From: the human T2T-CHM13v2.0 reference genome, Homo sapiens
Assembly: GCF_009914755.1 (NCBI RefSeq)
Contig: NC_060927.1
Reading direction: 5' to 3' (one strand)
Length of the DNA stretch: 64,000 nt
Shown here: positions 53,461 to 64,000 of the stretch, piece by piece
Position numbering within the stretch: the first letter of the stretch is position 1
How the letters are laid out: each line of letters opens with the position of its first letter
Translations under genes and position numbers: made by a program
The notes under the pieces: model-generated
Databases searched by the model: none
What the model was told of the DNA's origin: nothing
What the model saw: only the letters and a program-made list of their open reading frames with translations

Positions 53461-55440
53461 AATTTTAATTTGAGTTTAGTTTCAAGAGTACATATGCAGC
53501 TTGGTTCTGTAGACAAATTGAGTGTCGTCGGGGCTTGGTGTACATATTATGTTGTCACACAGGTGATAAACGTAGTATCCGACAGGTAGTTTTTCAGTTC
53601 TCATCTTCTAGCCTCAAATAGGCCCCAGCCTCTGTTGTCCCCTTCTTTGTGTCTATGTGTGCTCAATGTGTAGCTCCCCCTTATAAGTGAGAAAGTTTAA
53701 TGTTTGGTTTTCTGTTCCTGTTTTAGTGTGCTTAGAATAGTGGCCTTCAGTTCCATCCTTGTTGCTGCAAAAGATATTATCTCATTCTTTTTTTATGGAT
53801 GTACAGTATTCCATGGTGTATATGTACTACATTTTCTTTATCCAGTCTACCATTGATGGAAATACAAGTCAATGCCATGTCTTTGCTATTGTGAATAGCG
53901 CTGCCATGAACATGTGTGTGCATGTGCCTTTATGTTAGAACAATTTATGTTCCTTTGGGTATATACTCGGTAATGGGATTGTTTGGTCAAATGGTAATTC
54001 TGTTTTAAGCTCTTTGAGAAATGACCAAACTGCTTTCCACAGTGGCTGAACTAGTTTACATTCCCACCAGCAGTGTATAAGCATTCCTTTTTTTTCTGCA
54101 ACCTCACCAGCATCTGACCATTTAATAATAGCCATTCTGACTGGTGTGAGATGGTATCTAATTATGGTTTTGATTTACATTTCTCTAATGATTAGTGATG
54201 TTGAGCATTTTTTTCATGTGTTTTGGTCATGAATATGTCTTCTTTTGAAAAGAAGTGTCTGTTCGTGTCCTTTGCCCACTTTTTAATAAGATTATTTGGT
54301 TTTTGCTTGTTAATTTATTTAAGTTCATTATAGATTCTGGATATTAGACCTTTGTTGGATGCATACATTGAAAATATTTTCTCCAATTTTTTGGGTTGTC
54401 TGTTTACTCCATTGATGGTTTCTTTTGCTGTGTAGAAGCTCTTTAGTATAAATAGGTCACATTTGTCAATTTTTGTTGCAGTTGCTTTTGTTATCTTCAT
54501 AAAATCTTTGCCAGGGCCTATATCTAGAATGATATTTCCAAATTTTCTTAAAGAGTTTGTATAGTTTTAAGTTTTACATTTAAGTTTTTAATATATCTTG
54601 GGTTAATTTTTGTATATGGTGTAAGGAGGTGGTACAGTTTCAGTCTTCTGCATATGGCTAACCAGTTATCCCAGCACCATTTATTGAGTGAATCCTTTTC
54701 CCATTGGTCATTTTTGTCACCTTTGTCAAAGATCAGATGGCTGTAAGTGTGCAGCTTTATTTTTGGGCTCTCTAAGCTATTCCATTGGTCTATGTGTCTG
54801 TTTTTGTGTCAGTACCATGCTGTTTTGTTTACTGTAGCCTTATAGTATAGCTTGAAGTTGGGTAATATAATGCCTTCAGTTTTGTTCTTTTTGCTTAGGA
54901 TTGCTTTGGCTATTTGGGTTCTTTTTGGTTCCATATGACTTTTAGAATAGCTTTTTTTTTTCTAATTCTGTGAAGAATGTAGTTGGTAGTTGGGTAGAAA
55001 TAGCATTTAATTTGCAAATTGCTTTGGGCAGTATGGCCATTTTAACAATATTGATTCTTCCTATTCATGGACATAGAATACTTTTCTGTTTGTTTGTGTC
55101 ATCTCTTATTTCTTTCAGCAGTGTTTTGTAGTTGTTTTAGATATCTTTCACCTCCCTGGTTAGCTATATTCCTGAGTTTTTGTGGCTATTGTGAATGACA
55201 TTGCATTCTTGATTTGGTACTCAGTTTGGATGCTATTGGTATATAGAAATGCTACTAATTTTCATATATTGATTTTGTATCCAGAAACTTTGCTGAAATT
55301 GTTCTGGGAGCTTTTGGGCTGAGACTATGGGTCTTATAGGAATGAATTCACAGCATCTTCAAACAGAGATAGTTTGACTTTGTTTCCTATTTAGATGCCT
55401 TTTGTTTCTTTCTCTTGCCTGACTGCTCTAACTAGAACTT
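53461..55440 (-). mobile_element. 5'-truncated L1PA13-16-like, about 2 kb
   Basis: 3'UTR ggggcttggtgtacatattatgttgtcac; decayed ORF2 (HCWWECKLVQPLWK); degenerate TSD atcatggctttt / attatgactttt. Confidence 0.92.
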
Positions 55441-56084
55441 GCGATTATGACTTTTGTAAAAATAAACTTTGATAAAAACTGATGGTTCTGAAATGTCCTT
55501 TCAAATTCTGAAGTGAGATTAATTCCCTTATGTCTTCTCTGTGTGCTTAAGGAGGTGAAGGGGCATGGTACCAGTGAGATGCAATCATTCCATCCCCACA
55601 ACATGCCTAGGTTTCATCCAGGAAGGGACTAAAGTCCCTTGGGAGTTAGATGAACCTTCCCATATAGCATAGCTTCTGCAATATGTGTGCCCCTTAATTA
55701 GATACATGGGAAGCACATTAATCCAAGAGCATCTGTAAGACCTGACATGAGAGTGGAAACCCTGGTTTTCAGCAGAAGTATTTGAGTAGAACTGTGAAAG
55801 CTGACAACATGTTGTATAATTATTTATATCTGTATCCCTCATCTTTAGTAGAGTGTCTCTGTCTGGTACATGGTAGATATCCTTAGATGCAACTAACTTC
55901 ATCTCCTCTCTTGCCTCCCCCACATACCCTCCCTGTTTCCCCCTTATATCATCTTGATCTTCTTTTTTATTTTCCTCATTTTCTTTTCCATCCTCCTCCT
56001 CCTCCTCTTTTTATTCTACTTCCTTCTCTTTTTCTGGTCTTCTCCCTCTTCTGTTTTTATTTTCATGAGCATCATGTGATCCTT

Positions 56085-56700
56085 CAGACCAACACAAAAG
56101 CAGAAAGAGTAGTGTAATGAATCACCATGTATCCATCACTGAACCCCAACAGCTGTCATAATCTGGCCAATTTATTTTTACAGATACCCTATACATATTT
56201 TTTTCCTCACCATTGGCCAATTCAAAGTAAACCTCTACATATGGTTTTATTTTAAACACTTCAGCATGCAACTTTAAGATATAATTGCTCTCAAAAAATG
56301 TACAATACACACAAAAGACAATAGTTCATTATCATCATGGAATAGCTAGTCTCTCCCTTCTCTCATAAATGTCTTTATAAAATTTTTTTTTTCACATCAG
56401 GATCTAAATACATTGCACATCCCACATTTATTTGATATGTTTCTCAATTTTTTTGTAATCTAAATATGTTTCCCTCCGTTCTTTTACTTCTTGCCATTTG
56501 TCAAAACAGCTTATTATTGGGAACTGAATTTTACTTTTGATTGACATTTTCTTTATTTTCTGCATTTCCTGTAAATTAATACATAGATCCAGAGCTTGAT
56601 CAGGTTTATGTCTCTCTCTCTCTTTCTGTGTTGATTTGGTTATGTATTTGACAGAATTTCTACCACTTGGTGGTATACATTTAGTATTGCAACACTTTAG
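56085..56700 (-). mobile_element. L1MC/ME 3' fragment
   Basis: gaaagagtagtgtaatgaatcaccatgtatccatcac ... tagatccagagcttgatcag. Confidence 0.7.
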
Positions 56701-59385
56701 AAAACACATAGAATCTGTTTCTTAATTTTGTGTGTTATTAACATAAGAAATGAGAGTAGTTATATTTAGAAGAGGGACTATTCTAGGGGCAAGACTACAA
56801 GGTGACATTTTCCTTTCTACTCTGAAAATTTATGTTTTTGTGAAGATTTTTGTTAATTGTTTTTTTACATGCCTACATACGTATGCAATGCCATTTTCCA
56901 AACTAACAAACAAAAAACTTGCTAATGTCAAGAACAAAACAGGAGGAGGAAAAAAGATTAAGCTATGGTTCCAGTGTTGTCAACCTGATCTATTCACTGC
57001 AAAGTTCACATCATCCTTTTATCTCATGCTTTTAGCAACGATTGATGGTAATTGCACAGATTCGTTTTTCATCTGGCTTCTTAATGCATTTGTGAATAAA
57101 CAGATTCATGAATGTCCTGAAAGTTCAACCTGAATACAACTCCTGGGATGGCATAAACAGAGTTTCAGAGTGGTACAACCTCCTTATTGAAGGAGGTTTG
57201 GTTGAGGAATGAGCTAAGAGGACAGGCATCTATAGAGACATTTCTTTAAGTCTGTTCTAGAAAGAATACTTTTTCAATGATTCTATGGCTTGTAGAAGAG
57301 GAGCAATCAAAATTGTTGAAGTAGAAATTTGGCTTAAGAAAGCTTAGGAGAAGGAAATCTATGTAAGACATTGAAACTGAATCTCTGTGCTTCTTTAGGA
57401 AACCATATCTTTTTGTTTGTTTGTCTGGTAACAAGGTATATTAAGTTTTCTTATGTCAGTTTTAGTGACAAACGGTGTTTTTACCTTTACTGAACAGATT
57501 GGCATTACCCACAACAAATTGCTCTTGGCCATAAAGTCCTTGGTGGAGTCTCTCAGGACACCTTTCACATGTTTGGAGTGTGTAAACATTGAGACTGAAA
57601 CATTCCTCCTTTCAACCTCAGTCCCTGTGTGCATTGTACCTAAACATATCCCCACCATCCACCCCCTGCTCCCAACACACATTTATTCACTGCATGTATC
57701 TTTCCTTGCACTTACCTGAAAATTGAAAATGGAATTGCAGAAGAAAACACAGTTTTAAGTGAAGATGAATAGCCCCCCAGGAAGCATCCTAGTTGAAAAA
57801 TGCTTAGAAATAATGGGTTTTGGCTAAACAGTTTTTCTCCTTTGCTGTAATTCTTTTTGAGTCTTTAACAGAGCACTCAGTACTTCTGCAGAACATTAGG
57901 ATGTTAATGGTTCAATTGCAATCAAATTTTGGTCATTTAAGCTGGACGATCAATGGGTAAGTCATCTGGCCTTTCTGCGTTGTTTTCTTCCTTCCTCTGC
58001 TGGCCTTGTGTCAGTTGTTCTGGGCGTTAACTTTTCCACCCAAAGGGAAGTCAAGCAAGAATACAATGGTGGTTGTCAAAACCATCCATTTCCTCCTTGC
58101 AGGAAATTCTGCTGAAACATTCAGTAGGTATAAGAGGATGTAAATAAAAATCATGGCCCGCATGAACTTTTAGATTACTTATGGCTCTAAACTAATATTG
58201 AAAATGAAAAGAATTAAAGGAGGACAAGACTGTCCCTTTTCCCTGTGTGGATAGGGAAGAAACCATTTGGCTCATTTTTTATAATGGGCAATGAAGTAAC
58301 AGAGAGGCAAGAAACGGAAGACAAATGGAGAAAATAATATTAATAGTACTTATCCCAGAAGTGTGCTGTGAGGGTTAAAAAGTCAAATCATGAAAAGTGC
58401 TTCCACAGGACCTGGTGCACAGAAAGTTCGCAATTAACACGTGCTGCCGGTGGTGCTGTGACCCCCTGTGAACCCCAGCATTCTTTTCAGGAGTCGCTCA
58501 TCACATTCAATTCTCACTTATCTTCACCTGCAAATAGAGGCACAGCAATACTGCAGACATTTTGGCTCATTCCAGACCTGACTTTGCTTCTACTGATAAT
58601 TCTCACAAGGCCATAGGATTTTACTCTGGGATTCTCTAAATGTGGACACTATGAAAGATGCACCAAAGTCAACTTCAATATAACACAGAATCTTAGTTTC
58701 ACATTAATATTCATTTTATACAGAGAAATGCATACCCTTGAGGGGGAACAATACCCAGTTGACAGAGTTATTTATCTGTTTATCTTTAAATATTACAAAG
58801 CTGCAGCAGCTTTGTAATAAGGCTTGCTGGGTTACTGTAGCACTTTCAGAACCCAGCAACATTCTGTAACACTCCAGGATATTCACCCTGCTGTCCCTGT
58901 GTCCCCTTCACCCAGAATATAGCAGTTTGTCACAAATCAAATATGCCCTGACTCTCTTTTCAAAGCTCTTATAATACATTCATTTACTATTTATTGAAGC
59001 ATTTATCATTTACAATAGATCCAAACATCAATATTTAAGTTAATTATATGCTGTTACTACTCAGGACTTCAGCCTCAAGAAATATTTAAGTTTGAGGCTT
59101 TACATTCAATAAAATTGTGTAATGCAAAGTCTAAAAGCACTGCCAGCACAAGTGTACCCAGCTTCAGATCAGACTTTCCAAAGCAAATCACTTCAATTAA
59201 TGTTTGAAATAAAAATTTCAATTATTCACTCCCTTAAAACCACATGAGAAGCCTTATGCCGGTTGTTCAGATCTGCTGAATCTTTCTGGCATCTGTGTGT
59301 CTCAGTCTACATTAGTAAACATCTTCGATTTGTTTTCTCATAACTCCATCTCTTTCTTTTGGTTTTCCTTTTGAAACACGATTTT

Positions 59386-59717
59386 GTTGTTGTTGTTTTT
59401 GGTCTTGTTTTTTTGTTTTTGTTTTTTTTTTTTTTTGAGACGGAGTCTCATTCTGTAGCCCAGGCTGAAGTGTAGTGGCGCGATCTCAGCTCACTGCAGC
59501 CTCTACCTCCTGGGTTCAAGGCAATTCTCCTGTCTCAGCCTCTCGAGTAGCTGGGATTTCAGGCACACGCCACAGCCCGGCTAATTTTTGTGTATTTGGT
59601 ACAGACGAGGTTTCACCATGTTGGCCAGGCTGGTCTTGAACTCCTGACCTCAGGTGATCTGCCCACTTCGGCCTCCCAAAGTGCTGGGATTACTGGCGTG
59701 AGCTACCTTGCCCGGCC
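59386..59717 (-). mobile_element. AluSx-like
   Basis: Full dimer, GT/T-rich tail, gacctcaggtgatctgccc. Confidence 0.95.
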
Positions 59718-60439
59718 AGGATTTTTTTTTATATTAACAATTTCAAATCCATTATATCTTTCATTTTCCGTATCTTTTTTATCCTAATAATTTGCTGATA
59801 CATTTTAACTAAGGCATATATTCTGAGGGAGCAGTATGCTGAATGGGCAAATTAAACAGGTCTTTCAAAGAAAAGATCTTCCCCATAGCATGACCATTAG
59901 AAATTCTGAGAGTGAAAGAATTTATGAGTTATTCTTGTGTAATGCAACTGACAATTATTCAACAGAAGGTTAAAAGAGTGTGCCTTTTAAAGATAAATAC
60001 TGGACTCTTTGGGTAAAAGTAATAATGAGAAGAAAATCGGGAGACGTGAAAAGTTAAGCTTTGCATACTAGAGAGGTAAAAGATAATGCTTCAGAGTTCT
60101 CATTTTATCTAAACCGCAGACTCTTTCCTAGAAAACGTGATGAAAAGGATGAACCTCCTCCAAATAAAGAATATAATAATGTCTTATTAAATCACAGAGA
60201 TCAAAAGAACGTCCTGTTAATGAAGAATTAATTGAAAAAAAAGCTGATTTTTCTTTGGTCCACTTCAAGCTATGTTGTTGAAAATATCTCTTAACATTGT
60301 ATTTCAGTGTGTGTGTGGGTGTGTTTAATGCTAGTCCCTTAGAATTTTGTAAATGGATATATGAATAAGAAGTGTAGTAGTTAAATAAACCTGGAAAATA
60401 CTGACGATCAAGCTTTAGTAAATGGGTGAACCATTTCAT

Positions 60440-61490
60440 GTATTACTCGGAAGACCATGTGGAGGGTGATTTCAAGCTTGGCTAACTCACAGCTCAGTTG
60501 CATTTTCACTTCCCTATCAAGAATTTATCCTTTGTCACTGGTATGCTGTGGTCTCCTCAGGACTACAAAATGACTGGAGTAGTTGCGGGGTGCATGGGCC
60601 GGGTGTGGTGTGGGGGATTTTTGACACAATTGACTAATCTCTTTGTAAGAATAAATAAACTTTCTCAGAAGTTCCCCAGCAAACTCTTTTTTTTAAATAT
60701 TTATTTTATTTATTTTATTATTATACTTTAAGTTTTAGGGTACATGTGCATAATGTGCAGGTTAGTTACATATGTATACATGTGCCATGCTGGTGTGCTG
60801 CACCCATTAACTCATCATTTAGCATTACACATATCTCCTAATGCTATCCCTCCCCCCTCCCCCCACCCCACAACAGTCCCCAGAGTGTGATATTCCCCTT
60901 CCTGTGTCCATGTGTTCTCATTGTTCAGTTCCCACCTATGAGTGAGAACATGCGGTGTTTGGTTTTTTGTCCTTGCGATAGTTTACTGAGAATGATGATT
61001 TCCAGTTTCATCCATGTCCCTACAAAGGACATGAACTCATCATTTTTTATGGCCGCATAGTATTCCATGGTGTATATGTGCCACATTTTCTTAATCCGGT
61101 CTATCATTGTTGGACACTTGGGTTGGTTCCAAGTCTTTGCTATTGTGAATAATGCCGCAGTAAACATACATGTGCATGTGTCTTTATAGCAGCATGATTT
61201 ATAGTCCTTTGGGTATATACCCAGTAATGGGATGGCTGGGTCAAATGGTATTTCTAGTTCTAGGTCCCTGAGGAATCGCCACACTGACTTCCACAATGGC
61301 AAACTCTTTCCTTATATCTCATTGGCTAGAATTGTATCCTATCCCTTGTTCCTAAACCAGTTCTTGCAGAGGAGATTGGATTGGCTTAGACAAATCAGGG
61401 TTAACTCAGTGAAAAGTCCAGAAATCCTTACTCACATTGGTGGCCTCCAATATCTGAACAGAATCAGATTTCAGTTGGGAGAGGAGGAGT
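60440..61490 (-). mobile_element. Ancient MLT1 (K/L-like) LTR interrupted by an L1PA
   Basis: gttccccagcaaact | ctttccttatatctcattggctagaattg ... gattggcttagacaaatcagg. Confidence 0.6.
60690..61298 (-). mobile_element. 5'-truncated young L1PA (about PA3-PA4)
   Basis: Near-consensus 3'UTR and open ORF2 C-terminus (ORF 60925-61302); perfect TSD gcaaactcttt 60679-60689 / 61299-61309. Confidence 0.96.
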
Positions 61491-61929
61491 AGGGATGGTA
61501 TATGAGTAGTCAAAGACTCAGAGGTTGGCAAATAATTGTGACTGCCACACTAGGGAAAATAAAGCCTAAGTCCTTTTTATAAAACATAAACTTGTCACTT
61601 CTGATTTTGTTGATATAAGGCTACATTTTCAAGTCCTATTAGCTCCAAAGACAAATTTAATACGTAAGTCTTCTCAGAGCCTTTAATATGTTAACATACC
61701 TGGAGACTCTCTGAGAGAGGGATAAAGCCTGCAATGTTTCACAGATAATAAAATATTTTATTATGTAAAATAATGCAATTATTTTTCAAGGCATTCTCTC
61801 CAGGATGATTGTCTTTATTAGTGTAGTTTAGAAATGGGTCCCCTCAATTATTAGTCTGAACCTATTTCATAGTATATATTTTATAATGGTCAAAATGCCT
61901 CCGAGATTGCCTTTTCTAAGTTCTATAAA

Positions 61930-63480
61930 AAATAAGAGAAATTTATAAAGTAGCAGGTTATAAAATTCATATTAAAAATGAATAGCCTTATAAAATAAAT
62001 ATAGTAAAATGGTAATGTTAGAATTTAGTTAGTGGGTTCACTCTAAAGTTCTTTTAACATTGCTCAATGTTTGAAATTTTTCATAATAGAAAGTTGGAAA
62101 ACAGTAAAACAGCCACAACGTAGCAAAAAATAGCTTTTATATATAGATGAAATACCCGTAAAATGATTCATGAAAAATAACACCATATTTATAATAGCAA
62201 AAATGAATAAAACATCTTGGCTAACTTTGCAAGAAACATTCAAAACCTATGTGAGAAAAACTTTAAACACTATTGAGAGAAGCAAAAGTAGACTTGAGCA
62301 AACGAAGATACAGATAGGAAGATTCAACTTCAGCAAGGCTTCTGTTCTAGGTGAGTTTATTTTTAAATACAACAGAAACCCAATAAATGGACCACCAAGT
62401 TGCTAGATTTTCTTTCTGAAGATAATGGTTAATAAATTTTATTGGAAGAAATAAATTATTCAGAAAAATCTTTAAAAATCAACAAATCTGGCACAGAGGG
62501 GCTTGCTCTGTCAGTTATTAAAATATGTTATAAAGCCTTTATAATTGAAACTCTAGTTTGGTGCATGGATAGAGAAAGTAAACCATGAAACAGATTTTAA
62601 AAATCCAGAAATTTGACCCAGTCACATATGGAAATTTGACATATAGTAAAGGCAGAACCTCAAATCAGCAAGAGAAGGTAAACTGTCATGTATTACAATA
62701 ACTGCATAGCTATATGGTAAGAGATAAAATTTTGATTCATTTCTCACATTGCATAACAAAATACGTTCCAAGTGAGTCAAATATTTAACTTAAAAAATTA
62801 TAGAGTACTAAGAGAAAACATGGATGAAAACTTCTGTACTCTGGAAGTGGGCTCATTTTTTTCTAACCATGATTCAAAATCCAGAAGTATTAACAGAAAA
62901 TTAAATCAATGCATTTTATTAGAAAGAAATGAATAAATTTTTATTTGGAAAAAGATACCTAAAGGAGGTAAAAGAATAATGACAAACTGGGAAAAATATT
63001 TGCAACTTAATCTCAAAGAGTTAATATATCTAATTAAATTTAAAAAGAGAAGAGAATGGCCAATAACTTTTTATCAGAATTGGCTTATTTATGAACAGTT
63101 TACAAAAAAAGAAACAAGTTTCATCTTTCCACATGAAAGAAGCTCAATTTCCTTTATAACAAGAAAAATGCAAATAAAAATACACTGTGGTAGCCTTTCT
63201 CACGTACCTGATTGACACAAATTAAAGTTCGACAGCATACTCTGTTGCTGAGGTTGCAGGGAAACAAACATTCAAATCCATTGCTGGTGGGACAGCAAAA
63301 TGACACAACCCTTTTAGAGTGGAATTTGCCAATATATATAAAAAATACACATGAATTTACCCTTTGACAAAACTCCTCCACTTCTCAAAATTCTTCCCCA
63401 AAATACTCAGGCAGAACATGAAAAACACATACAGGCATATGCAGAAGGCTGTTCTATACTTTTTAGACTGTTAGACATGA
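61930..63480 (+). mobile_element. Old L1M ORF2 fragment, sense to GRM7
   Basis: aaagtagcaggttataaaattc, gacaaactgggaaaaatatttgcaac, aaaatgcaaataaaaa. Confidence 0.8.
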
Positions 63481-64000
63481 TTGTTATTCTAAGAATGTTA
63501 TCTGTATATTATGGGATAAAGCAAATGAATAATCATAACAGTATCATTAAGAACCAAGATTGTCCTCATGAGAGAAAGGAAGTAGAGATTTAAGAGTGTC
63601 AAGGTTAAGCAAAAACTCTGTAGTCCTGAATTTGAATGGGAAATAGCTGCATAAATTCATGATAAATTTTATCTTTAAAAAAAAATCCTATACTATATAC
63701 ACTGAAAAACCCTAGATCCCGTGACAGGCAGTGAGCATAAAGTTGATTTGGTATTTAAATGAGATACATATAAAACACAACTCTCTGGCATATGAGATAT
63801 TAATGGTGCTCTGAAATGGAAAAATACAAATTCAAGTAAATTTGGGAAATTCTGAATTTCCCTCTTGGAGGTTACATTTTATGTTATATGTTAAATGTTC
63901 TGGAAAAGTCTCTCAGTGAAGCAACCTAAAACATTTTAGCACAGTGGCTGTCCGGAACCCTTTGTGTGTTTTGCAGGAAAAGGGGTTGAGGTTGTAGAAC

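Noticed and set aside
61670-63920. Two short inverted, mutually similar segments (about 61670-61750 and 63830-63920)
   Set aside because: Probably independent decayed hAT-Charlie relics; too diverged to name or to call a paired structure.

Overview
Primate (most likely human) genomic DNA, AT-rich and dominated by interspersed repeats. The only protein-coding sequence I can support is a 141-nt internal exon at 27988-28128 (+). It translates to [47 protein letters not shown](G), part of the Venus flytrap domain of metabotropic glutamate receptor 7 (GRM7; exon 5 from memory). The ORF track misses it because it has no in-frame start. The rest of the window is the two flanking GRM7 introns, with old and young L1s (the longest and least-diverged are mostly antisense to the gene), about 12 Alus, many MIR/L2 relics, MaLR and ERVL LTRs, and hAT MER elements. 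I found no new multi-gene system. Best observations: (1) a ~670-bp polyadenylated retro-insertion with ATTAAA, an A-rich tail and a perfect 20-bp TSD but no L1 body (34747-35457); (2) an L1PA carrying a 37-nt 3' transduction (4221-4744); (3) read-through of the exon donor encodes a hydrophobic C-terminal tail followed by a nearby ATTAAA, a candidate truncated mGluR7 isoform; (4) a 30-bp templated insertion copied from 1.5 kb upstream, plus several template-switch or palindrome scars; (5) several cryptic or recursive-like splice architectures. Repeat subfamily names and old-repeat boundaries come from recognising consensus sequence by eye and are approximate.
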